This document shows, one piece after another, positions 45,790 to 58,331 of a stretch of 64,000 nucleotides of DNA. Source of the stretch: Anthoceros angustus (Eukaryota; Plantae; Anthocerotophyta). The stretch covers positions 124,001 through 188,000 of the forward strand of contig MU008193.1 of assembly GCA_010909165.1 (NCBI GenBank). The letters are read 5' to 3'. Under the pieces are notes generated by a model. The model had not been told where the DNA came from. It saw only the letters and a list, made by a program, of their open reading frames with translations, and searched no databases. Both the position numbers and the translations under genes were made by a program. Every line of letters begins with the position of its first letter. Within the stretch, counting starts at the first letter, position 1.

Positions 45790-47830
45790 ATGAATCGCTC
45801 TCTGTTCTGGGTTTTGGGCTTTCTCCTGGTCGCGTCCTTGGCGACCGGCGAGCGTGAAGAGCTTCGGTTGGGAGAGCCCGAGGAGGTGCTCCGCACCGAT
45901 GGAGGTCGGGTCGAGCAATGGCAACCCGACAACCAGGCTCTGAGAGACGCTAACGTTGCATCCGCCAGAATCATTCTCAAGCAACGTGGTCTGTTCCTGC
46001 CCAAGTACTCTGATTCCGCGGCCGTCGGATATGTCGAAGAAGGTGAGAGGACAGCAAAAGGTTGCTGCTTCTGACGTTTCTTCAGCAGCATACATGTTTA
46101 TTGTTGATTTTGATCTGATTCGTGGTCGAGCTGAAAGTTTGTCGATGGCGATGGCGCCTGCATGTGCAGGTGAGGGCATTGTGGGCGTTCTGAGCGGGTA
46201 CGCTGAAAGCCCGAGAATCCGTCGGGTGAGGCGCGGCGATGTCATCGCCCTACCTCGGGGAGTGGCTTCATGGTGGTACAACAGCGGCAAAGAGGAGCTC
46301 CGCGTCCTTGGCTTTGCCGATACGTCCGCATCAGAGAACGGGGAATACAACGTAAGCGCTTGTGGTGGACGGACATTCATGTTTTGGACACGGACTCGCA
46401 CAAGAGTGGAGATGGGTTCGCAAATTTGGTGGGTGTCGGCTTCTGTATGTGAAAGTGTGTGTTGGTTGCGCAGGCGTTCTATCTGGCCGGTGGAGGCCGA
46501 GGTGAAGGGAAGAGGAGGTTGAACCGAGGGAAAGGCGGCGAGAGCGAACGGGAACGGGAGGAACGCGAGCGCCGGGAACGGGAGGAGCGCGAGCGCCGGG
46601 AACGGGAGGAGCGCGAGCGCCGGGAACGGGAGGAGCGTGAACGCCGGGAACGGGAGGAGCGCGAACGGGAACGGGAACGTGATGGCCGACGGGGATCCCG
46701 GGAGGAACGCGAACGGGAGGAACGCGAACGGGAGGAACGCGAGCGACGCGAACGGGAGGAGCGGGAACGGGAGCATGAGCGCGAACGGGAACGGGAGGAG
46801 CGTGAACGGGAACGGCGGCGAAGGGAGCGTGAAGATCGCAAGCGCGGAGGGCGTGGACGGGAGCAGGAGGAGTATGGCTCGATCCTCCAAGGTTTTAGGA
46901 GGGAGTTTTTGGCTGAGGCTTGGGATCTGGACGAGGCCAAAGTGGATAAACTGCTGGACAGCCAGAGAGGCTCGGCTATCGTCTTGGTTGATCGCGAAAT
47001 CAGGGTGCCCGAGTTCGAGCAGGAGTTGAACAGGGAAGAGGGTCGTAGCATTTCCCGATCCGCCGAGAGGGCCGATGCTCATCTCCGCGAGTACCTGGCC
47101 AGCGGAGAGTTCGTGTTCAACGTTCGCGAGGGATCTGCTGATGTGCGCGTCCGCGATGCTGGTTTCTACAACAGCGTCAACAGGTTCAAGCTGCCCGTCC
47201 TCAGGGCTCTCGACTTGGGTCTCACTTACGGCCGTCTGGAGAATGTATGTTACGCTTTTTCCAGGTATCTTTTCTGCAGATTTTGCATGCTGTTGTGATT
47301 ACTCACAGATCCGAGTTGGGGTTTCTGCAGAAAGCAATTCTGGCTCCTCAATGGTCGCCCACGGGACATGAGGTGGTGCACTTCTTGAGGGGTAGTGGCA
47401 ACCTGCAGGTGGTGAGTCACAGTGGGGAGCAGCTTGTGGATAGGGAAGTGCGGGAAGGTGAGGCGTATGTGATTCCCCGTTTCCATGCACACGGCGTCCA
47501 GGCTGGCAACGAGGGTTTGGAATGGATCAGCTTCTACACCACCGACCAGTGAGTGATACTAAAGTTCGCTCTGCTCATGGCTTTTTCGCTTAATATCGTT
47601 TGGTTGATTTATTTATTGGACATTGCATGTGCAGGCCTCTCGTAGAAGCTCTTGCAGGCAGTACATCTGTGTTGCGCAGGCTTCCGGAGGAAGTGGCAGC
47701 AGCAGCCTTCAACATCGATGTTGCTCAGGTGCGTGAAGCAAGAGAGTCTCGGAGGGAGGTGGAGCCGCTTCTTCTGCCAGCTGGGAAGAGTCGCCACGAG
47801 AGGGAGCATCCCTCGCTCGCCACTTTCTGA
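45790..47830 (+). CDS. 11S-globulin/legumin-like bicupin 2 with signal peptide and ~100-aa Arg/Glu tract; 5 exons (45790-46042, 46170-46351, 46474-47244, 47331-47548, 47635-47830), 539 aa
   Basis: GT-AG introns give an intact frame. It has the same cupin motifs as gene 1, and exon 4 is 218 nt like the equivalent exon of gene 1. Confidence 0.92.
46540..46838 (+). repeat. Coding low-complexity repeat (GAACGGGAGGAGCGCGAGCGCCGG-like units) encoding (R/E)n
   Basis: Visible 24-bp-type units; translation EREREERERREREER… within exon 3 of bicupin 2. Confidence 0.95.
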
Positions 47831-48499
47831 AAACCTGCAGAAACGTGTTTCGACTCAGAAGTTCAGACATGCGTGCTCCACTTGTACAAATTGCCAAGGC
47901 ACTGAAGTTTTAGACGTGTTTTAGGGTTTGGGAAGAGACAGTTTTGATGTGCAAACTTGCAGCGGAGAGTGTTCTTTGATTAGCTAAGAGAATGCTAGCG
48001 GTAAAAGGATGCTAGCCTTTGCATGTAAATAGACTGCTTTTGCGTGAAGCACTGAAATAAAGTTTTGCGTTCTGGTCTTTCAAATTGTCGTAGACTTTTA
48101 CACATGCCCTGATAATCAAACCTCGTTCTCTTGGTGCTCCATGTATCGATCGACAGGTATATCCCTTTGTAGAAGTTGTGCAAATCAGCCGCAAAATGTT
48201 TTTGACAATACCTAAAACTGCCGGCTTGTCGACAGTGCTGCCAGAGTCTACTCGAATGGTATGAGGAAAACTAGATGACTGCATACCGATTTATATTTGA
48301 TTAAGATTCGTATTTGAATTTTTTTAATTAATAAATAATGATTAATTAATAGATACTAATGAATGATATTCTAAGAGCGTCCAGTTTAACACCATTAGCT
48401 CTTAGATTTGATGGTTTTCTTTGTTCTTAATTACTTGTGATAAAGTTCTTAGCCCCATTTCGGTTGTATGTTCATGTTAATGTATGCGAATATATCCGT

Positions 48500-51400
48500 C
48501 ATGTGTTCTGTTGGCAAATATAACAGCTTAAATTTATCAATCTTCTACCACTTATCTAATAATTAGACTTCTATTTGCTTTGTTCTCGCATGGAACTTTC
48601 GAGCTTTTGATTGCCACAATATAGCAGCCTTCGTATTTGTTGTTTGCAAGTCCCATAGTTGTAAAAGTTGCCAAAGGCCATCCTTAAGCGAGGGTGAGTG
48701 AGCAATACTCGGCTTCAAATGAACTAAGTGCCATTAGCTGTTGTCACTTGCTACTCCAACTTTAAATGTAGTTGCTTGTGCTTTTCTTGTCATTAGCATT
48801 TCCTGCCCAGTCGGCATAGCTATAGCCTTGCTTGGTTAGTGACAAGTACAGGAGTCATGTGTCGGGAGTTAAGTATCTAAAGACTTGCTAAGCTGCTTTC
48901 GGGTGGGCTTGCATCAGAGTTGCTAAGAACTAAGATACTGCTCCGACTGAAAATGCGAGATCTAGTCTAGTGCAAACCATAAGATATATCAAGCTCTCGA
49001 TGAAGTCTAGTGCAAACCATAAGATATATCAAGCTCTCGATGGTGGAGGAGTATGGTAGCTCTTCATTGTTAACAATGGTTACTTGATATTGTTGATCTT
49101 CTTCTTTAGTGAGATTCAAGTTAGCTTGTGGAGATAGGCTTACACTCTAACATACTGTACTTAGTTGGGATTTCCTGAATTTACTTAGGCTCATGAATAA
49201 AAATACTTCTAGTTTCCCTATGTCTTAAAATTTGAATGCCCAGACAAAATGAGAGTTCTTGACAAGTTGTCATAGAGAAGCTCCTTGCAAGCATTAATCT
49301 AGTGTCTTCTAAGATAACCTAAGAGTTGGACATAAGACTATGTTGTCGACGTAAACTCCTAGCACAATGAAATGATTATTGCATCACTTAAGATAGATAT
49401 TGCTATCTGCGTTTAATCTAGTGAAGCCCAAAGCCCAAAGCCCAAAGAAAGTGATATTTTAAATTAGATGTAAATTTCAAGTCTTTGGGCTTTACTAGAT
49501 TAAACGAATTCTATTAAATTGTTCGAACATATTTTAAATTAAACGATTTGCTAATTAAACGAACAGATTATAATTATTTAAAATTTGCAGGCTTTTACTT
49601 TGCTTTATTCTTAACATGTATACCCTCTAGTATTTCCATTTAGATAGTGTGGTCCAGGTCGCCATATAAGAAAGCTGTCTTAATATCTACTTGCATCAGC
49701 TCATAGTCGTGGTGAGAAGCTAAGGGCATAAGAATCCTTGATGAAGTTATTTTTAGCATGGGGCTAAGGATCTCATCATAGTCAAAACCATATTTTTGTG
49801 AGTATCATTTTGCCACTAATCTAGCTTTGTATTTCTCTATTCTACCATCAGCATTTAATTTAATTTTAGAAGTCCACTTATAACCTACTAGTTTCCTATC
49901 TTTAGGTAAGGAAGTTAGTGTCCAAGTTTTGTTAGCTTTTAAGGAGTCAAGTTTGGACCTTATTGCTTTCTTCCATTTTTCTTTTTTTGCGTAGGTAATA
50001 GCCCCGTGGTAGTTGGCTGGGACAAACTGATGTATTGCTACATTAAGACAATATGTATTGTGTTTTTAGTGTTCCTCCAGTTAGTAGGAGAATTTCTATT
50101 TATCTTACCTGCATTAGGTAGTCAAGGGCTTCTGCCCGTTCAAGTCTTCTTGAGATCATGTGGTGGAGAGTCATTGAGGTAAGCATCTTACGGGTCAAAT
50201 GAGTCTTCGTTTTGGTCATATCGAAAATAGGGTTGTCAATTTGAAAGTCCCGGCTTGCGCGAGGTGTGCCTCGAAATGGACGGAAGCTAGGGCCTTTGTC
50301 GCGTGAAGGAGAGCCACCAGCATCCGTGCCATCGGGTTGTCCTCCATGGTGAGCTCAAGGGCGCGCTCCCATTTGCTAATCACCAGCACGGGGGCTTGCT
50401 AAGGGAGATGCGCCGCAGGCAGTGCCTTGAAATGAAGCGCGCCTGATGGCGTTGGGGCTGGTGAGCTCCTATGTACCCGCCCGATGGATTTCCGTCCGTG
50501 CTGGTCACCTGCAACTATGTGTGGCACTACATGCGCGTCTGCGCATGTAGGTCTTGTGGGCATCTGCTGCTGCTCGTGAGGACGCGGGCGGTGTGGCTCC
50601 AGACTAGCCTACAGGCATGGAGGATTTGCTAGAGTCGGCACCCTCCGCGCTGGGAGCGCCTTCGAGCTCTGGATTCCCCCTGCGAGCCAAGGGTGGTTGC
50701 TAAGGCTAACAACCGTGGGCTCGGGAGCTGGTGAGGAGGCGTTGTCCGCCCCATCAAAGTCGCCGAAGACAATGTCATCGGAGGCTATCGCTGCACGGTG
50801 AGGTGGAGCGCCGAGCTTGGGTACTAGTGTGGCTGGAGAGAGGGGAGCTCTTGGCTAAGCGTGAGGCGGGGGCTGAGGCTGAAGGGCCATGGAGGGGAGG
50901 AGCTGTGAGGTTGACAGAGGCCTCATCAGCATCACTGGTGTCCAAGGATGCAGGGTGCACTCCCACTATGCTGCTGGCCTGCATATCTTCAAGAAAGGTA
51001 ACATCCCGCTAATGGGTGACCTTGTGCATTTGTGGATATATCAATTTGTATCCCTTGAAGCCGTCAGTGAAGCCCATGAACAAATGTTTGTGGCTCTCAC
51101 GTGAGCTTGGTCCTCACGACTTAAAAGGTGTGTGCATAGACCGATGCGCCAAAGACTTTTAGGGCCGAGAGATCGGGTAAGGCTCCCATCCAAGGTGCCC
51201 TAAGGTAAGAAAGATTATTATGTACACAGCGTGTGCCATGTCTTCCGTCCAGTAGCTTTTGGGGAGTTGATTAGCATGGATAGGCCGCAGTTCTGAACTA
51301 TCCTATTCATTCTTTCTGATACTCCGTTTTGCTGGGAGGTGTAGGGGGTGGTGACTTGGCGATTGATGTGGTGTGCTTGGCAGAACTGTAGGAACTGATG

Positions 51401-51900
51401 GGAACCGTATTCACCTCCTTCGTTGAAACGGATACATAGGAGGGATGCACCTGTCTGTTTTTCTGCCCATATTTTGTAGTCCTTGAAATAGGTCAGGGCC
51501 TGCGACTTGTGTTTTAAGAAGTATATGACCGTAAAACGGGTTAAATCATCAATGATCAGCATGAAATAAAGGTACGCAAACAACAATCATTTGAATGGTC
51601 CACGTTCAGAGCTTGCAATGCCATCGTGAGGATATGCCACTGCATTGGTAGCCGGAAAGGTTCAGCAGTGATTGCTGGCAAGACATATGCATTCATGTTT
51701 GAGCCTCGGACATTGCGGCAGATTGTGGTATTGGACGTGCACGCAGCTCTTGCGGGGGGATTGTAGGGTTTTTTCAAGATGGACATACATGTGTAATAGC
51801 ATGAGGCATTAGGCAATTTGGGAACTTGTGTTCTGTGAAACGGGACTTGCAAGTTTGACATGCCTAGTGATGGCTTTTCTATGTTTCCCTAAACATTACG
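48500..51900 (-). mobile_element. Degenerate Ty1/Copia element (integrase, RT, RNase H remnants)
   Basis: ORF 51218..51586 gives IIDDLTRFTVIYFLKHKS…TTPYTSQQNGVSERMNR. The minus strand at ~49650-49695 gives QVDIKTAFLYGDL, and at ~48700-48750 gives MALSSFEAEY. Confidence 0.9.
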
Positions 51901-53552
51901 ATGTATGTACCAAGCTTGGTGATATCATTTTGTGTTCACAAAAAATTTTGACCTCATAATAGTCATTTGTGTAATATCATGTGGACCAGGTGCGGTGGTA
52001 ATCAAGTATGCCGTTATTTTATAACACCAATATCACGAGAACTTGCTGCGTGATATATGGTGCGTTAAAAAGCCATATGTTTTGTAGTAGTGTCCGCTCC
52101 AAGACCACCATTGACTGCCTCAAAGAACCCTGAATCTGCTGTGTTGGCCAGGTCATTCGAACCTCTAGCTGTTTTGCGTAGATGATGACGAGGAGAAGTT
52201 GCATGTCGTTTCCCTATTCGCTGCATCTCCTCCTTCCACTTCTCCCTTAGGACTTCCGCTCCATCTCCGAGCATGCACTGGGCCGCCGCCACATATGCCG
52301 GATCCACAAGCCTAGCAACACCACTAAGAAAGGATGGATTCACTGCCGCCTCAACCGTGTTTGCGCCAGCTACAAGCGACGCAATGACAAGTTCCCATGT
52401 CCTTGCATCTGGCTGGGCATGAAAAGACAATATTCATACTGCCACTTGAAGTGGTCGGGCTATATGATCCACTTCTGCACGTGAAAACCACTCCTAAGGA
52501 CACTCTAGCACTAGCCCGATGTTATTCTCCGCAATGATAGCAATCTCCTTCTGGTCCACTCAAAAGGCTTCCCACCACTTGTACTCTTCAGCAATCACCC
52601 ATGGACGCAAATCTTTTAACCCTTCCTGCAAATGGGCCATTGGGCAGGGTGCCGGCCGTCCTCCTCATAGGTTGCTTTTTATAAAATAAATATTTAGCGG
52701 TTCAAGAATTTTGCAACTTGGGATAATTGCTCAAGTGATAGGAAAAAAAGTGTAGTAGCAAGTAGGTCTGCAGTTTGAAACCTTTACCATCTTAATAACA
52801 CAACTTTGTTGATTTTAAGGACGCTTGCATGGGCGCATGGGCATTTACCAACTTTGTTCATTTTAAGGACGCTGCCATTGCCTTAAAGCCGAAGTGGTTA
52901 CATTGAGTGCCAGAAGGTTGAAGACCCCGACTGAGCTTTTGGATGAGGGTCAGCATACCCTAAATGTTGTGTGGCAGTCGACACCGTCCGAAGCTCAACC
53001 CAAGAATTATACTAATGAATACTAGCAAGCATTAGAGGAGAATGACAGCTTTGAAGCGGAAGATATGGACCGTCTTTGAAATTTAGCGGTGGTCCTTGAC
53101 TCAGTATCAGGGCAAGGCATGGACGAGTCGCTAGGCCGCCCTCTTGAATGACTATTGTTGATGTTGATGACCACTTCCTCCTTTAGCAGTTGTTTGTTGC
53201 AAGGTTTTCACGAGTACTAAAATGAGACTCTCGCAAGTACACGCATGATTTTTATTGTGTTTCACCACTTGAAAAGTAAATGTTTTCGGTTGTAATAAAC
53301 AGATGCAAATGGCAGCCCACTGTGCATTCTACAAAAACACAGATGGGCCCGCGCCCTACAGTGCTCTAGTTCTGGGGTGAGAAATTAAAAGTGCGTCTTT
53401 TATTTAAAGTATGGACTCGGAAAGGGTGTGCCCATTATCAAAGCTTGGCAAATATGCTATCGCAGGAAGGGTGTAAAATGTGACAAGGGGGTGTTGTTTC
53501 GACCGAAGGGGGTTACTATATTCCCCCCCTTCAAAAATTATCATGTTTAAAG

Positions 53553-53965
53553 TCAAGCTTTCAAAATATCTGCCAACATGTCTCCTGTTGGACAATACTC
53601 TAGCTTCACCTCCTTTGATTTGACCTTCTCTCTCACAAAGTGATGTTTCACTTGGATGTGCTTGGCTCCAACATGAAAAGTTGATGTCTTAGTTAAGAAG
53701 ATGCAATCTTGATTATCGTTGAAGATTGTTGTTGCTTCCTTTCGCTTGAATCTCATCTCATCTAGCAAGTTACGCAACCATATTGCCTCCATGACTGCAA
53801 TGCCATATATTCTACTTCAGTACAGGATAGAGCCACAGTAGGCTGTTTCTTACTATTCCAAGAAATGGCTTCCCCATTCAACACAAACACATATCCAGTG
53901 GTAGACTTGCGACTATTAACATCTCCTACCCAGTCTGAATCACAATATCCTAACACTCGGACTTC
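53553..53965 (-). mobile_element. Ty1/Copia RNase H fragment
   Basis: GYCDSDWVGDVNSRKSTTGYVF…SWNSKKQPTVALSCTEVEYMAL…AKHIQVKHHFVREKV…EYCPTGDMLADIL. Confidence 0.95.
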
Positions 53966-55374
53966 CTACCGATATGGTAAGATTAAGGATTATGCATTAC
54001 CCTTATAGTAATCTATCTTTACTTAACTTACATTACTTGTTAGGGTTATTTATGAACAGACACAATCATGATGCATTTAAATCATTTTTTACCTTATTAA
54101 TTGATAAATTATTTTAAGTATGTTTGCTTAGACTCTAATGCTTTGGCTCTCCCAGTAAATTTACATGGTATAAGAGCCATGCTAATAATATTGATCCGAT
54201 CGTATAGAAATGTCGAGATCGGGTAGCTCAAATGGACAGGGTCGTCAAAGAGGCAATTATAATAGTAGACGAGATTCTCCCCCAAAATCACTTAAGTTGC
54301 CTGTTGACACTGTCCTAGACTTTTTTGAGCAAGACTACCCGATCATCTGGCTAAGAAGATTTGCTAAAAATTTTCTGGAAAAGGCCGCGATCACAAGCTG
54401 TTGCAATCCGATAGACACCCGAGAACAAAGTCTTTATTCAAAGCCCGAGCTGTTCAGAGAGGGCAGAATCCAAACTTGTTTTATTCCCAATCGGTTGCCG
54501 CAGATTGTCCTCTCGTGACTTCCAAACTTGCACATTTTAGAAAGAACTCCAATTCAACCTCTTCCAACAGCGTGCAAAGTACAATAGATAAATCACTCGT
54601 TGTCGTAACAAGAGCAGAGAAGACACTTTTACTCATCTTTTCAAGACATGACTTGATTAAAGATCTTCTTGTTGATACTGATTTGCCCGCTATCAGTTGT
54701 ACAATCTCTACTGATACATTGACTATTCAATTGGATATCAACAAGATAGTGCAAAAATTGGTGAATTTGGAGTTCAACGTGCAACATTTTATTCGAGATC
54801 CAATATTGTTGAGATCACCTCAAATGCATTAACTGCTTCCGCTGTAGGGAGAGCCACCGTTGCCTAGCATCGCAGCAAGCTGGAGCAAGCAAGCATCCTA
54901 ATATGAATCGACGCAAAGTTGAGTTGTGACCTTTGAGATTCTCCTTGCACAGGACTATGATCGGCCCAACTGTCTTCTGTGTCCCTTCACGAACAGTTGA
55001 ACAAACGGTTAGGTTATTCGTCGTGGACTGCACCGTTTAACTAAACCTAGTATAACGTTTCAGGCCAACTAACGTTTCAGCCTAAAACTATCCTGTTGTA
55101 ATGTAGTAGCTAACTGTAAGGACATGGAAAGTTTGATGGAGAGGTCAACTCGGATAGGCTAGACAATCTTCGTTCTTCCTCCCCAAGTTGACCCATCCAA
55201 TCAAACCTTCCCTACATTATGATCAGTTAGTCCATTATCGTACCATAAGAAACAAACCCTATGATTGCAAAACTTATGTGTATGGTTATAGTCATAGTTG
55301 TAACTATCTTGTAAGAGTTCGCATGTCCACAGGGTCCTTATAGTCATAGCTGTAACTGTCTTGTAAGAGTTCGC

Positions 55375-56466
55375 ATGTCCACAGGGTCCTTATCCCTATA
55401 CATGGATGCATTATCTAACCAATTTCAGCAACTCAGTTTAAGCACCCAAAATACATCTAGCATAATGTCAAGAACGACAATAGGGCCAATGTTTACCTCT
55501 GAGTTGAAAGAAAAGGATCGTTTCAATGGTACGAAGTATTCAGTATCCACTTTGCTGGCTCAGGGAGTCTAGAGTATCGTTGATGGATCACGTAAGAGAC
55601 CTGATCCCAATGCAATTCCGACCCCCATAATAGTAGAGATAGCACAATAGGAACAACATAACAGTATCTCCATAGCTTTGCTTGTTGAAGGACTTGATGC
55701 TGACCTTGTGCCTGATGTATACTAGAGTACCTAATTGAAGCCGCCGCCATCTGGAATCAATTAGAAACAACATATCAGGTAATGAATATGATGACACTCT
55801 ATGCTGTAAGGCAGGAGTTTTATGGTTTGAAAATGCGAGAAGGAGAAAAGGTCGCAACATACACGAGCAAATTCCGCCATTTGAGAGCTCAGATCACATC
55901 ATTGACAAGAGTTCAAATGCCAAAACTGGATGTTGTTGCTCTGAGTCAACTTCTGACGAGTTTACCTCCTTCATATTAGTCCTTTGTGACTAGCCAGAAT
56001 GGTCCGACTAGCCAACACCTCTGCCGCTTTTGCAAGTCCAAGCACAACTACTCTTGAGGAAGTAATTGGTGCTTTCTTCCTGGAAGAGCAGACTGTTCTC
56101 TTCGAATGCTCCTAAGAGCAAAACAAAGAAAGTGTCAGCTGTTAATTTCAAATTGCAAAAAGGAAAAGGGAGAGGAAAGTTTGTTCCCTCCCAAAGATTA
56201 GATTCTTCTCCATCTACATCCTCTAAACGACCAGGGAACTGTAACTGGTATGATTTGCTGGCCATTGGGCACGAGAATTTAAAAAGAAGAAGTCAGGAGA
56301 GCCTCAACAGACTCCCAAAAACATAATAAGCGTGGTAATATGAAACAAGCATTCAATTGACACTAAAGCTTCAGTGAAGATACTGACTGTGTGTGTTGCC
56401 CGTTCTGTATCTGGAGACAATAACTGGTACTTGGATTCTGGTGCCACCTCGCACATTTGCAACAGC
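55375..56466 (+). mobile_element. Ty1/Copia gag-protease remnant, truncated by a CACTA end
   Basis: DRFNGTKY, LKMREGEKVATY…LLTSLPPSY, then NWYLDSGATSHICNS at 56422-56466. Confidence 0.88.
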
Positions 56467-56930
56467 CACTACTAGGAAAAGTGTATGTTAAATATGTTAA
56501 ATATGTTAAATATGTTAAATATGTTAAATATGTTAAATATGTTAAATATGTTAAATATGTTAAATATGTTAAATATGTTAAATATGTTAAATATGTTAAA
56601 TATGTTAAATATGTTAAATATGTTAAATATGTTAAATATGTTAAATATGTTAAATATGTTAAATATGTTAAATATGTTAAATATGTTAAATATGTTAAAT
56701 ATATTGAATATATTGAATATATTGAATATATTAACTATATTAACTATATTAACTATATTAACTATATTAACTATATTAACTATATTAACTATATTAACTA
56801 TATTAACTATATTAACTATATTAACTATATTAACTATATTAACTATATTAACTATATTAACTATATTAATTATATTAAATATATTAAATATGTTAAATAT
56901 ATTAATATAAATAGTGAGGAAACATAATGA
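56467..56930 (+). mobile_element. CACTA-type terminus followed by a 9-bp tandem array
   Basis: CACTACTAGGAAA is identical to the first 13 nt of the TIR at 19331 (rc). It is followed by ~24 x ATATGTTAA, 3 x ATATATTGA and ~16 x CTATATTAA. Confidence 0.8.
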
Positions 56931-57466
56931 GTTCAAGGACTAAAAACTCTCCTCATCCTATACATGAAACCATCTCCCAAGCAATAGTGAATACAATCAA
57001 CGTTTCCTCGACAACTGTGATTGTAGGTGAGATTGTCCAAATTTTAAGTTTTAAGATAGTAAGAGTAATGTATAATTTAATTTTTACATCCCCATAAAAT
57101 ATAGCATGTCACTTTAAAATTTTCAATGGATTTCCTATTTTTTGTTTAGGTCTAGTAGTGTATATTTTTATAGTGTAATATATATAAAGTGCTATTTTAG
57201 AACTACCATCTTAAGTTCTTGATTGGTATACTCTTGTATATAAGGGCTCTTAGAGCTATGTTTTAGGGTATCTACTGAGTACTATCTTTTTTTCTATAGG
57301 AGTCCATACTTCTCTCATTATCATATTTTACAACAATCTATATTTATTATGTAAGAGTTTCATTTATTTTGATCATTATTGTACACATCATAGGAGACCA
57401 TATTAACACCTAGTGGAGGTGCTTTGCCCTGTTGCTGAGAAGTATTGGCAAGACCATATTGCAATT

Positions 57467-58331
57467 ATGACGAGAGCAGCTAGAGAGCCCAAGGAGATGT
57501 CCCTTCCAAGAGGTAATCTAACTTGTGCATTCGCTATGGACGTTTTACAATCTCTCTCACACTTGTGTTTAATTGTCTACCAGCATCAATTATAAGATAT
57601 GTAAAAGAGATATTGCCACCTGACATGCGGGCTGACAAGGAAACAAAGGAACTACTAGTGCAGGGCTGCGAAGGTAGAATCATCATTCCCTACTTTTTGG
57701 AAAAGGTTTTTATGCCTTTTTGTTCAAATTTATCCTTGCGAGTGCTTCATTCTTGCTATCAATGAGTATTATCTCTCACGTTCCCTAAGTCAAGCCACCC
57801 GCTGATTTTGCTCTTTCCTTTCAGAATTCATACACATGGTGTCTTCCGAGGCTAATGAGATATGCAACCAAGAAGGGAAGAATACCATAACTACGACTCA
57901 TCTGTTGGAAGCTCTCAAGGTAGGATCATTAGTACCCGCAATCAAATTGTGGTTAAATCCAGCAGTTCGTCAAATTGTCCACAACATCATGTGACTGTTT
58001 GGGCCTGTAGAATCTAGGATTCGAGGAGTACATCCAAAAGGTCGAGCAGGCTCGCCAGCAATCTAGGACGGAGATCTTAGTGAGTAGTTTCTTGCCAATT
58101 CATGCAATGTTGCTTATGAGAAGTGATAGTTTGATTGATAAAAATGTATTGATATTTTGCAATATCCACTCCAATGGCTTTCAGAGTCTCCGAAAACCTC
58201 GAGCTAAAAGGGAAAAGGATAAGTGTGCGGATGGCATGACAGAAGAGGAAGCTTTGGAATTACAGCAGCGCATGTTTGCAGAGTCTAGGGCACGCATGAA
58301 TAGTAGAGGAGCTACTCCATTAAAACCATAG
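57467..58331 (+). CDS. DR1: Dr1/NC2beta-like histone-fold TBP-associated repressor; 5 exons (57467-57512, 57584-57673, 57825-57919, 58011-58079, 58185-58331), 148 aa
   Basis: Spliced frame …EMSLPRASIIRYVKEILPPDMRADKETKELLVQGCEEFIHMVSSEANEICNQEGKNTITTTHLLEALKNLGFEEYI…MTEEEALELQQRMFAESRARMN. All introns are GT-AG and in phase. Confidence 0.92.

Noticed and set aside
46479-47051. Antisense Arg/Ser-rich ORF resembling an SR splicing-factor domain
   Set aside because: It is the reverse complement of the R/E coding repeat of bicupin 2, with no RRM or independent gene structure.
54210-54832. ORFs possibly from a LINE ORF1
   Set aside because: The resemblance is too vague, with no endonuclease, RT or zinc-knuckle motif nearby.
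56457-56936. ORFs with (VKY)n, (NIF)n and (MLN)n repeats
   Set aside because: They are translations of a stop-free 9-bp tandem array.
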